Source of the DNA: Acidobacteriota bacterium
Lineage (GTDB): Bacteria; Acidobacteriota; UBA6911; RPQK01; JADFOI01
DNA length: 64,000 nt
Reading direction: 5' to 3'
Assembly: GCA_963663035.1 (NCBI GenBank)
Contig: OY760074.1
Span: forward strand, 736,001-800,000
In this document: positions 40,100-48,995 of the stretch, in pieces
How the letters are laid out: the number at the start of each line of letters is the position of its first letter
Position numbering within the stretch: the first letter of the stretch is position 1
The notes under the pieces: generated by a model
What the model saw: the letters and a program-made list of their open reading frames with translations, nothing else
Told to the model about the DNA's origin: nothing
The model's database searches: none
Translations under genes and position numbers: made by a program

Positions 40100-40144
40100 T
40101 CCTTGAAAATAGATGTCTTCATATTTAAGGAATTCGCCTCAGCT

Positions 40145-40840
40145 CTAGAAAGAGAAAACCACACCGAACTGATACGTCAGCAAGTCCGTGCGCGACCGTA
40201 AAGGGTCAATGATGGCTGTGCCGTTTTCACGGGTGATTGAACCTTTCTTGAGGTAAGTGGCTTCGCCGCCGAATGAATGGCGCACGCGAAAATCGATAAG
40301 TACCTCTGTCAACTTAGAGCCTTCCTGTTTCTGATGCACAAGGAACATGACTCCGCCCCCAGTGCCATAACTGAAGGCGATATCTTGCTGGTTGGTTGTC
40401 GAGGCGATAGGTTCTGCGAAATCATCTTCATCGCGGACTTTGGTTTCTGTAAAGAAGTAATGCATGCCGATGAGCCCGTCGAGATAGGGCCGAAAAATAC
40501 CGCTCTTGCCTTGCAAGCGCAGCAATCCATGTGTGAGCAAAATGTTGTTTCGCGTTTCAACCTCAACCGTGACGTCGGGGATGGTGTGACTGAAAGGCTC
40601 TTGACGGGTCTCACTGCCGTAAAGCATGTACTCGACGTCGACTCCGATCATGACCGGACTATTACCGGGACGAAAGGCAAACATGCCGCCGATGCCAAAT
40701 CCTAAATCTTCGACATTCTCTTTAAATTCGCCTTTTGGTTGGCCAAATAAAAAATTAACACCGGCCTGAAAATCCTGTGCATGAAGTCCGGGAATAAAGC
40801 ACAAGAGAGTCTGACTGATTAAGATTAATCTCCACACCAT
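40145..40840 (-). CDS. Outer-membrane beta-barrel protein (small, OmpA/OmpW-like)
   Basis: Signal peptide, alternating beta-strand pattern, RPYLDG, terminal Phe (GVVFSF). Confidence 0.72.
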   Translation of the reverse strand: MVWRLILISQTLLCFIPGLHAQDFQAGVNFLFGQPKGEFKENVEDLGFGIGGMFAFRPGNSPVMIGVDVEYMLYGSETRQEPFSHTIPDVTVEVETRNNILLTHGLLRLQGKSGIFRPYLDGLIGMHYFFTETKVRDEDDFAEPIASTTNQQDIAFSYGTGGGVMFLVHQKQEGSKLTEVLIDFRVRHSFGGEATYLKKGSITRENGTAIIDPLRSRTDLLTYQFGVVFSF

Positions 40841-40881
40841 TTTCTCATTCTCCGTTTAGCTCTGTATGCACTCCTGAGTGA

Positions 40882-41035
40882 AGCAAGTCATGTGCCATTC
40901 TTGAGGGGCCTCCGGGAGAGACCCGCCTGAGTTGCCATGGATCTTTATAAATCAATAACTTGCAGTCAGTTTTGAGGATCCTTGGCTCCCTTGAAATTTT
41001 TTTGAGTCTTCTCCCCCTGTCAACGTCAGCTGACA
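40882..41035 (-). promoter_or_regulatory. Sigma-54 promoter with IHF site and candidate enhancer
   Basis: TGGCAC-ATGAC-TTGCT (40897-40882), IHF consensus AATCAATAACTTG (40950-40962), palindrome TGTCA-N8-TGACA (41018-41035). Confidence 0.72.
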
Positions 41036-41057
41036 AAACGCTGGTGGCTGGAGAGCC

Positions 41058-42239
41058 TTAGCCGAGGTTGGATTTCACTGGCGTGGAAGCTCTGCCGCTT
41101 TCGGAAGGAACCCGTACCATGGTGCCATCACCGACACAGATGTCGACGAATTTCTTGAATCTTTTAAACACGCTCTCCTGAAGGTAGGGAAGGTTGTACT
41201 TGCTGCAGAGCGCTTGAACCTTGGGCTGGATCTCCTGGTACTTCGTCATGGGCAGGTCGGGAAACAGATGGTGCTCAATTTGGTAATTCAGCCACATCTG
41301 GGGATAGTCAATCCAGTCTTTTCCGGTCTTGTAGTTCACCGATCCCAGTACCTGATTGACGTAGAACTCCTGTTTATTTTTGTAGTGGTGGTCGAAGCGG
41401 TACAGGTCAGAACCGGTGTGATTGGGAGCGATGACCATGTAGGAGTGGAAGTTGGTGATGAACTCGGCCAGCACTCTATTGATGAGCACGAACAACACCG
41501 CGGTTTTTCCCAGCGGGAGAAAGAGGAGCGGGATGATGACAAAATGGAGCGTGAAAAAGGGCAGGTAGCAGGAGAGCCAGAGTCTACGCACCAGCCAGTT
41601 GCGGACGTCAAGAAAGTTGAAGAACCCAATGGGAGTGAGGTGCCTTTGCTGCGGGCTTCTGTTCTTGTGCGATTCAAAGGCGTTGAGCGTGTTAGGCGCA
41701 TAGTAGCTGAATTTCCAGGTGATACCGGTCAGGAACAGTACCAGATATTTTATGGGGCGGGGACATCGCCAGTTGCGCATCAACTCCGCGTGTCGTTCGA
41801 CCAGATCCGGATCCTTATCCTCGCCGGTATGGTAGTGATGCAGGAAGTTGTGTTCACAAGCCCAGGCAGCGGGCAGAATCCAGTCGAACCAATCGATGAA
41901 GCGCCGCCAGCCCCGCGCAAAAGTTTTGCTCGTATATTCTGGCGGCACGCCGGGCACCCTGTCGTAGCCGCCGTGACTGATGTGATGCACGAGGAGCCAG
42001 CGAGTGAGAATCCCCTGCGCGATGAGAGCGGCACTGATCGGATTGGGAATGATCCAGGCGGTGGCATAGCCGAGCAGGCTGATGAGGTTTCCGAGCCGCT
42101 TGATTTTGATCAGATGGAGGAAGTCCTGGTGGCAGAGCGACTGGAAGGCGTCCCGGCGGAGCGCCTCAATTTCTCTGGTGAAACCCTCGGAATCTATGTC
42201 GTCGAGTGAAATCGACTTCGCCCTCTCCATTTCTGCCAC
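41058..42239 (-). CDS. Membrane fatty-acid desaturase family protein
   Basis: Three His boxes HHISH, HNFLHH, QIEHH. Confidence 0.9.
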   Translation of the reverse strand: MAEMERAKSISLDDIDSEGFTREIEALRRDAFQSLCHQDFLHLIKIKRLGNLISLLGYATAWIIPNPISAALIAQGILTRWLLVHHISHGGYDRVPGVPPEYTSKTFARGWRRFIDWFDWILPAAWACEHNFLHHYHTGEDKDPDLVERHAELMRNWRCPRPIKYLVLFLTGITWKFSYYAPNTLNAFESHKNRSPQQRHLTPIGFFNFLDVRNWLVRRLWLSCYLPFFTLHFVIIPLLFLPLGKTAVLFVLINRVLAEFITNFHSYMVIAPNHTGSDLYRFDHHYKNKQEFYVNQVLGSVNYKTGKDWIDYPQMWLNYQIEHHLFPDLPMTKYQEIQPKVQALCSKYNLPYLQESVFKRFKKFVDICVGDGTMVRVPSESGRASTPVKSNLG

Positions 42240-42306
42240 TAGATATATAATAGACTACTGTCCTCTTCTCCTGATTCTGTGGGCTGAGGTGGATCGCATT
42301 ATTCGC

Positions 42307-42933
42307 TCAGACTGGTCCTGGTTTGACCTTGATGGCGTGAAAGATACCGAAGAAATACTGTTTCCTGGAAAGAATCTCCAAATCAGCTTCCTCTATGAAT
42401 CCTAGGATTTCTCTGTTCCAGTTACACCCAAAGCGTTTGGCATGATTGTCGGCTCTCTTGTCCTGCCATCGTCCCACTCGCTCACTGCTGCTTCTACCGT
42501 GCTCGAGAAGAAGGATCCGACCGCTGGGCTTGCACACCCTGGCCATCTCCTTGAGAGCCTCTACTGGCTGTTTCAACGTACACAGGCTCAAAGAGTCTAC
42601 GACGGTGTCAAAGACGTTATCCGAAAATCCCAGACTTTCAGCATCCATCTCCTGGATGGAGACATGAAGCTTCTGTTTCCCTGCTTTCTGTGAAGCCCTC
42701 TCGAGCATTCCGCGGCTCAAATCGACCAGCGTGAGTTTGCAGTCTTTTGGGTAGTGGCGGAGGTTGTTCCCAGTTCCGGCGGCCACTTCCAGCACATCTC
42801 CCGAGGCCTCTCGAAAAAGGTGTTTCCTCACCCTGTAGAGGCCCAATAACTCAGGTAACTTCTCCAGGTAGTCGTACCATTTGGCATTCTTGTCATATTT
42901 GTTGATGATTTCTTGCTTGGATGGATTGGTCAT
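42307..42933 (-). CDS. Class I SAM methyltransferase (PmtA/METTL7-like)
   Basis: VLEVAAGTG, VDLSRGML, SLSLCT, LLEHGRS, GCNWNR. Confidence 0.85.
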   Translation of the reverse strand: MTNPSKQEIINKYDKNAKWYDYLEKLPELLGLYRVRKHLFREASGDVLEVAAGTGNNLRHYPKDCKLTLVDLSRGMLERASQKAGKQKLHVSIQEMDAESLGFSDNVFDTVVDSLSLCTLKQPVEALKEMARVCKPSGRILLLEHGRSSSERVGRWQDKRADNHAKRFGCNWNREILGFIEEADLEILSRKQYFFGIFHAIKVKPGPV

Positions 42934-42946
42934 AGGGGGAACCTTT

Positions 42947-43144
42947 TAGCCGGGATTATGCATAAATTTTCTACTCCAGTGCCGCAATCATCTGCGCTGA
43001 CTGCGTTATGCTTCCTTGGGCTCCTCGCCGTACTGCATGAGTACGCCTGCGGGGCCCGACCCGCAAGCGGGTACCCCTTCGCATGCCTTGTCATCGCGGC
43101 GCCTGCGGCACTTCGTCACGAAAACCTATGCATACTCCCGGCTA
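42947..43144. mobile_element. MITE-like element, copy A (198 bp)
   Basis: TIRs TAGCCGGGATTATGCATA / TATGCATACTCCCGGCTA; internal hairpin modules shared with copies B and C. Confidence 0.8.
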
Positions 43145-43256
43145 GTCATCTTAAGCGATCAACCTGGCAGGAGACAATCGGGATTCATCGATTGAAGGGG
43201 GACCTGGGGGTGGCATAGTGGCCAGATTACTCATCTTTCGATTCAAGGACCATGCA

Positions 43257-43603
43257 ATGGAAGTTGACCAGGATGTTGCCTCGCAAGGCTACGCTCAGAA
43301 ACCTGAGGACAGACCGGAATCGTTGAGGGCTCACTGGGAAGGGAGGGCAAGCCTGGCCAGCGCTTACTGGGGCATTGGGGTGCTGGGAGGTGTGGTCTTT
43401 GCTTTGCTTCTCTATTTTGTGAATTCAGACATCATTTTATCCTGGTCTTGATCGCGCTGGTCCCCTATTCCGTTTTTGCCGTGGTGTCCATTTGGCGGTG
43501 TTCCTGGAACAGTGGCTGGGTGGGCTGGGGTTATCTCGCCCGTACGGTTATCATACTGAACGGTATTCGAGTCGTATACGCGATTTTCAGAGGAATCACC
43601 TGA
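43257..43603 (+). pseudogene. Small membrane protein with a single frameshift
   Basis: WEGRASLASAYWGIG... continues in another frame as ILVLIALVPYSVFAVVSIWRCSW...; one extra T in the run at 43435-43438 restores the frame. Confidence 0.65.
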
Positions 43604-43677
43604 CCAGTGAAACCGATGATCTCACGCTTTAACGCAAAGCGTGTTGGAGAGTACAGGACGAAAACAGGAGGAGTACG

Positions 43678-44106
43678 ATGACAATAAGAAAGCGGGGACA
43701 GCTCATTGCGGAGGTATCCGGAAAGCCGGCAAACATCAAGTTAAACACTTTTTCCCCGGGTATCTTTGGCAGTACTACAATTCAGTTGTTTCCTCAACGT
43801 GTTGTTGAAGCTACAAAGAGAATCATATCAAGCAGGAATGCAGAGATTCTTGTGGATGAGGTCGATTCTGTGGAGATCGTCAAACAAGGAAACCCGACAG
43901 GGCTTTGGTTAGGGATTCTTACGATTTCTATCTTTGGACTTGGGATCATATTCTTGAGCCTATATGTAGTCGTCAAGCGAAGATTTTTAATCGTCCGCAG
44001 CAAAAGCAACATACAACTCCTTGCATTGAAAGATGATGAAACGCTCTATCAGCAGTTCATGGAGAGTGTTCTGGCAACTGCTGAGGGCACCAAGAAAGAA
44101 GCGTGA
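43678..44106 (+). CDS. Hypothetical membrane protein
   Basis: AGGAGG RBS, 142-aa ORF with a hydrophobic hairpin. Confidence 0.65.
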   Translation: MTIRKRGQLIAEVSGKPANIKLNTFSPGIFGSTTIQLFPQRVVEATKRIISSRNAEILVDEVDSVEIVKQGNPTGLWLGILTISIFGLGIIFLSLYVVVKRRFLIVRSKSNIQLLALKDDETLYQQFMESVLATAEGTKKEA

Positions 44107-44173
44107 AGAGTGTCACTCCGAGGACGTTTGGTGAGGGAGTCATCACATGAGTTCGTAAAAGAGGAGAATTGAG

Positions 44174-45190
44174 GTGACAGGAGATAGCAAAAGGGCCAAG
44201 CCTAATCTCTTATCAATCACTTCTCTAATTTTTGGACTAATAGCTTTTCCCTGTACTCTTGCTATCAATTTCCTAGCGACAGGAGACAGCGAATTTTCAA
44301 TTCTATTCATTCCTGGTCTTATTATCAGCACCGTTGGATTGGTTTTTGGTCATGTCTCTCTTCGGAAAATACGGCAGTCCAATGGGCTGTTAGGCGGAAG
44401 GCTTACAAGCATTGGAGGAGTTGTGCTGGGCTACTCTGCTCTTTTCGCTTCAGTCGTTTGGGCATTTATTATCCTTGTTCTCCCCAGAGCCCAATTTGCT
44501 ATCCTCAGTTTCTCAAATCCTCCTAATTATGAAGTGTTGCTCCAGCTTCAGGAGACTCCCGATCGAGAGGTAACGTTATCCCTCCTTGAAGAGACAGAAA
44601 CAGTTCTCTCTTCACGGTTACGAAATTTAGGTGCTCCACATGGGATTGAACTGGTCGCCCCTGATCAGCTTATTGTTCGGCTTCGGCTTCAAGATGCTTC
44701 GAAGGAAAGCAATTTGCTGGATCTATTCCAGTCTAAGTTGCTCTCGTTTCACCTTGTTCATCCAGATATCGAATGGCTCGAATCACAGATGTCTGCTCCT
44801 GATTTTGCACCTCCTGATGGTTACAAATCTGTTGTTTCTGGTGGAGAAGTTTTATTTGTGGAAATTCAACCTGTGTTAGTCAATGGTGTGGATGATGCTG
44901 AAGTTGAACTTGACTCCTATACGTCAGAACCAATGATAAGCATTCGCTTCAAACCGGAAGCAAAGGAAGGCCTAGCGCGTGTGACAGAAGAAAACATCGG
45001 TCGCCGACTAGCCATTATGTTGGATGAAACTCTCTATTCCGCTCCAGTGATTCAGGAGGCCATTAGAGGCGGAACGGTGTCGCTAACAGGTCACTTCAGC
45101 ATAGGGGAGGCTAACGACTTGGCTGCCGTGTTAAGAGCTGGAGCAGTGCCCGTTCCCATTCGCGTCATTGAGGGCCATTTCTTTGAATAG
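44174..45190 (+). CDS. DUF4190-like TM domain fused to a SecD-type periplasmic P1/head domain
   Basis: GLVFGHVSLRKIRQS...GGR...GVVLGY; VTEENIGRRLAIMLD...SAPVIQEAIRGG...EANDLAAVLRAGAVP. Confidence 0.75.
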   Translation: MTGDSKRAKPNLLSITSLIFGLIAFPCTLAINFLATGDSEFSILFIPGLIISTVGLVFGHVSLRKIRQSNGLLGGRLTSIGGVVLGYSALFASVVWAFIILVLPRAQFAILSFSNPPNYEVLLQLQETPDREVTLSLLEETETVLSSRLRNLGAPHGIELVAPDQLIVRLRLQDASKESNLLDLFQSKLLSFHLVHPDIEWLESQMSAPDFAPPDGYKSVVSGGEVLFVEIQPVLVNGVDDAEVELDSYTSEPMISIRFKPEAKEGLARVTEENIGRRLAIMLDETLYSAPVIQEAIRGGTVSLTGHFSIGEANDLAAVLRAGAVPVPIRVIEGHFFE

Positions 45191-45249
45191 GGCGTGCACT
45201 CAGGCGGCTCCCACGTTCCGATCCGGCTCCCATAGCTTGGAGGCTTACT

Positions 45250-45960
45250 ATGAAAAACCATAAGGTCGTTTCCAGAGATGAATGGCTTGCAGCCCGTATC
45301 GAGCACCTCGCTAAAGAAAAGGAATTGACTCGACTGCGCGACCAATTGAGCCAAGAGCGGCGAGAACTGCCCTGGGTTAAGGTTGAAAAGGAATATCTGT
45401 TTGACGGTCCGAATGGTAAGGAAACGCTATCAGAACTGTTTGAAGGCAGGAGCCAGCTCATTACCTATCACTTTATGTATGGCCCAAATTGGGCAGAAGG
45501 TTGTCCCAGTTGTTCCTTTTGGGCGGACAACTTCAATGACAGTGTTGTCCATCTCAATCATCGCGACATCACGCTGCTGGCTGTCTCCAGAGCCGAGCTT
45601 GAGACATTGGAAGACTATAAAGAGCGCATGGGATGGAGCTTTAAGTGGGTGTCTTCGTTTGAAAATGACTTTAATCGTGATTATCACGTGTCATTCACAT
45701 CTGATGAGATGAAAAATGGTGAGATGGATTACAATTTTCGCATCACTCAGTTTCCCAGTGAGGAGGCACCAGGTATCAGTGTGTTCTATAGGGACGAGGA
45801 AGGGAGTGTTTTCCATACCTATTCCTGCTATGCGCGTGGCTTGGACATGTTGAACGCTGCATATCATTTTATGGACCTGGTGCCGAAAGGACGAGACGAA
45901 TCGAACTTACCCTACAGCATTGCATGGCTACGACGTCACGATAGTTACGACTCTGATTAG
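45250..45960 (+). CDS. DUF899 thioredoxin-like protein
   Basis: VSRDEWLAAR...RRELPWV, YHFM, GCPSCS, LDMLN...PKGRDE...WLRRHD. Confidence 0.9.
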   Translation: MKNHKVVSRDEWLAARIEHLAKEKELTRLRDQLSQERRELPWVKVEKEYLFDGPNGKETLSELFEGRSQLITYHFMYGPNWAEGCPSCSFWADNFNDSVVHLNHRDITLLAVSRAELETLEDYKERMGWSFKWVSSFENDFNRDYHVSFTSDEMKNGEMDYNFRITQFPSEEAPGISVFYRDEEGSVFHTYSCYARGLDMLNAAYHFMDLVPKGRDESNLPYSIAWLRRHDSYDSD

Positions 45961-46117
45961 CCCGCAGCTGATCAGAGCTGTTAACTGTCGTTTACACAGA
46001 CGGGAAGCTTGCAATAGCTGATCGCCTCTCAACTCATCCCTCAAGGATCCTGTAACTCATTTATTAATAGTCAGTTATCTTATCTGGCTCAGGTATCTGG
46101 CCAAGATTTCAGCGAAG

Positions 46118-46133
46118 TGGCACGCAATGTGCT
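46118..46133 (+). promoter_or_regulatory. Putative sigma-54 promoter
   Basis: TGGCAC-GCAAT-GTGCT about 95 bp upstream of 46229, with an AT-rich tract at about 46053-46080. Confidence 0.5.
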
Positions 46134-46228
46134 TTGGACTAAAGGGTCTTAAGTCAAGAGTTCGCTGTGCTCTGTTCGAATGATAGAGGAGCACCACTGA
46201 AAGAGCTGAATGACGGGAGGCTATCGAG

Positions 46229-47494
46229 ATGTCTGAACACGGACTTGCAAGCCCCTGGATAGAAAAAAGAACCTGCCCCCAGTGCCAGCAGGAGAACGAG
46301 CCCGGGCGCGATTTCTGCTGGGCCTGCCAGGGGAAACTCCCTGAGGAAGGCGGAAGCCCACCAGCTGTAGCTGAAAGCCCAGAATTTGAAGGCGGTAGCC
46401 CAGAGATGGGTAGTCCAGAAATGGGCAGCCCAGAAATGGGAGAAGATCCTTATGCAGGAGGTCTGCGTCTTGAGAGAGACAGTTCCCCCCTGAGCGACCA
46501 GCCTCAAGACAGTCCTTTTCCGGAAAGCCCACAGCCTGACCAGGACATTCCCCCCGCCTATGGCCCGCGCGAAGAATCCCCCAGTCGGGAAGATGCCCAA
46601 GTGGACTGGGGACCTTCGGTTAAACTGGCTTACACTCCCAGCGGAAAGCTGAGAAGCACTTCTACACTCTTATTCTCCGGTTTAACCGGCCTCTTCGTGG
46701 GGTTGCTGAAAGCGTCGTTAGTGATGGGTGGTGCGCTGGTGGTCAATGTGATCCATAACCTGCTGCCGCATTACTTTTTCGTGCTTCCTGTGATCATCTT
46801 TGGACTGATGCTGCTTGCCCCCTTTGCGGTCGGGATGGGGGTGGGAGAGCATGTTGCAAAAGGAGCTGTGGCGGCTAAGTGTCGTATGCCCCTACAGGCG
46901 GGCATGATCGCGTTCCTGTGGACTATCGGCGGTCTGGCTCTGTTCGTGTTCTTAGGGCAAAGTGTCATGCCGCCCGGCGAGTCCTTTCTGATTGACCGGA
47001 TTGGTTGGTTTGTTCGCATGATGATCGGTGGAAGCCTCTCTTCTGGGTGGATGGAGGAGCCGGAGCCCATAGGAACGACATACGAAACGATTATCTTCGT
47101 AATGCTGGGACTCAGCGTGCTGGCGGGAGCGTTTGTGGCCTCCCACACGGCCAGCAACTCGGTGCGTTCGGTGCCTTTTTGTGAGAGCTGCAATAAGCCT
47201 ATGGACCCCGTCTCCCTATGGAGTATCTCCCCGAGCCACAGCCACCGGGCGATCCAAGCCTTCCGATCCATGCACCTCAAGGAGATCAACGAGATACCCT
47301 GCTGCAGGATGTTCGATAACTATGTTTCCGTAGACTTGTGGTCCTGTACGTGCGACTCCAAGTCTATCCTCGAACTCGTGGGACACGGCGTCGAACTGCC
47401 CGAGGAAGATGGTGACGAACCCACGGTGCAAGATCCTGTACGAATCTTCTCCAGACCCCTCACCCCCGAACAGACTTCCCAAATTCGAGCGTAG
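46229..47494 (+). CDS. Hypothetical membrane protein with Zn-ribbon motifs and a Pro/Glu-rich linker
   Basis: CPQC...CWAC at the N-terminus, several TM segments, FCESC...CTC at the C-terminus. Confidence 0.7.
   Translation: MSEHGLASPWIEKRTCPQCQQENEPGRDFCWACQGKLPEEGGSPPAVAESPEFEGGSPEMGSPEMGSPEMGEDPYAGGLRLERDSSPLSDQPQDSPFPESPQPDQDIPPAYGPREESPSREDAQVDWGPSVKLAYTPSGKLRSTSTLLFSGLTGLFVGLLKASLVMGGALVVNVIHNLLPHYFFVLPVIIFGLMLLAPFAVGMGVGEHVAKGAVAAKCRMPLQAGMIAFLWTIGGLALFVFLGQSVMPPGESFLIDRIGWFVRMMIGGSLSSGWMEEPEPIGTTYETIIFVMLGLSVLAGAFVASHTASNSVRSVPFCESCNKPMDPVSLWSISPSHSHRAIQAFRSMHLKEINEIPCCRMFDNYVSVDLWSCTCDSKSILELVGHGVELPEEDGDEPTVQDPVRIFSRPLTPEQTSQIRA
46394..46438 (+). repeat. 15-bp coding tandem repeat x3 (GSPEM)
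   Basis: GGTAGCCCAGAGATG GGTAGTCCAGAAATG GGCAGCCCAGAAATG. Confidence 0.85.
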
Positions 47495-47511
47495 GAAGAG
47501 GGGCGGCAGCA

Positions 47512-47539
47512 AGAATCCAGAATCCAGCCTCCAGAATTC
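47512..47539. repeat. Degenerate intergenic heptamer repeat x4
   Basis: AGAATCC AGAATCC AGCCTCC AGAATTC between convergent genes. Confidence 0.55.
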
Positions 47540-47545
47540 TCTTCC

Positions 47546-48982
47546 TTAAAACGGGTCCGACGGGACAGCTTGAATCAAGCCATCCTCAAATCGAAAGGTG
47601 AAGAGGGTTCCACTGGAGTCGACTCCCACAAAGGTACTGTCAAAGACGGTGAGAGTTCTGTCTCTGTACCACACTCTGGGACCTGCATCTTTGCCGAAAG
47701 CCGAAATGTCCAAGCCATCGAAAATCAAGATGGCACCTCTGGGCAGCGTGGGGTAATCCCTGAGCAGAGTCGCTTGAACTAATTCTACCGTCCTTCCTCT
47801 TTGGATCAGGTGGTTGGTGCCTGCAATGAATTTTCCGCTGAGTCCTTCCTGGTCCCTTTGACGAAAGGAAGAGCCAGAAGAGATCACGTTCATGGCGACA
47901 AAGACAGCCATGAGGGCACTCACTTGGCGCGAATTGAGGGAAAGCTGTCGAAGAAGGGCTGCTATGGCAGCCAGGACCAGGATGACAAGGGGCACTAAGG
48001 AATACAGGAGATAGTAGCGGTAGGAGTGGTCCTTGAAAAAGAAAACAGGAGCCAGTCCCAAGGCAAGCCAGGCTGCCAGAAGTATGAGAGAAGGTGGAGG
48101 TAAGCTTCCTGGCAGCTCTCTCTTCCGACGGAGAAGGAGCCAGGCCATTGCCGAGAACCCGACAATCCATGCCAGTTTTGCAGTTGAAACATCTGTGAAT
48201 GGCAAAGCGGCCTCAGCTGCCCATTTCGAGTAAGACAGCAGGTTGTTCAGCAAATGTTGCCCCCAAAAGAGGGTCCGGTAGGGATGAGTTGAAGGAAGCG
48301 ACCAGGGGGATATCATCTGTATCCTCAGGTACAAAAACGCCAACAGGACCAGCATGAACGGCGTCAGCTTGGTGAGAAGCGCTCTTCTGGAAGTTCCGCC
48401 GGTGAGGAGCAAATTGTAAAGGAAGAGGATGGGAATCAAGACCACAGCTGATTCTTTAAAAAGCATCGCGAGCGCCAAAACCAAAGCGGATTGTATGTGT
48501 CGTTGCTTGGTAAACAGAATGAAAGAGCTGAAAAAGAAAAAGGCGCATGCCAGATCGTAGATTCCTACTATCCATAAGAGGGGATCCATGTGAACCGCAA
48601 TAGCCGTTCCGTACAAAATTCCTGCCAGCCAGGGAAGGAGCTTGTTGCCTTGTAGAAAAAGGCCGGAAATTCGCACCACCAGCAGCGAATTGACGAAGTG
48701 TAAGCCCAGGGCCAAAAGGTGATATCCGAGTGAATTCAGACCGAAGAAAAGATGGGCCAGGACGAAATAGGTGATGCCCAGCGGACGGTAGAAGAGCTTG
48801 CCTTCCGGCAGGAATGCTTGCTGGACGATCTCAAAGTCGTCCATCTCGACAATCGAGAAGAGAATGCCCCAATCGTCTTGGATGAAAGGGTACTTGAGGA
48901 CCTTCCAGTAGGTTGCAGCAACACAGAGAAATAGCACCAGCAATCCCACCAGTGCTGGGCAATTCTCTTTCTTGAGCTTCAA
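47546..48982 (-). CDS. GT-C fold membrane glycosyltransferase (PMT/ArnT/TMTC-like)
   Basis: FIQDD after TM1, FYRPL, GYHLL.L.LH, FKE motif, many TM segments. Confidence 0.75.
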   Translation of the reverse strand: MKLKKENCPALVGLLVLFLCVAATYWKVLKYPFIQDDWGILFSIVEMDDFEIVQQAFLPEGKLFYRPLGITYFVLAHLFFGLNSLGYHLLALGLHFVNSLLVVRISGLFLQGNKLLPWLAGILYGTAIAVHMDPLLWIVGIYDLACAFFFFSSFILFTKQRHIQSALVLALAMLFKESAVVLIPILFLYNLLLTGGTSRRALLTKLTPFMLVLLAFLYLRIQMISPWSLPSTHPYRTLFWGQHLLNNLLSYSKWAAEAALPFTDVSTAKLAWIVGFSAMAWLLLRRKRELPGSLPPPSLILLAAWLALGLAPVFFFKDHSYRYYLLYSLVPLVILVLAAIAALLRQLSLNSRQVSALMAVFVAMNVISSGSSFRQRDQEGLSGKFIAGTNHLIQRGRTVELVQATLLRDYPTLPRGAILIFDGLDISAFGKDAGPRVWYRDRTLTVFDSTFVGVDSSGTLFTFRFEDGLIQAVPSDPF

Positions 48983-48995
48983 TGTTGAGGATATC

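Noticed and set aside
41214-42209. 331-aa plus-strand ORF, and similar long ORFs at 154-1179, 50617-51897 and 62039-62929
   Set aside because: They are antisense shadows of well-supported genes and carry no recognisable motifs.
42913-43218. Short ORFs over the MITE copies (also 52524-52793 and 56332-56520)
   Set aside because: They are translations of non-coding repeat sequence.
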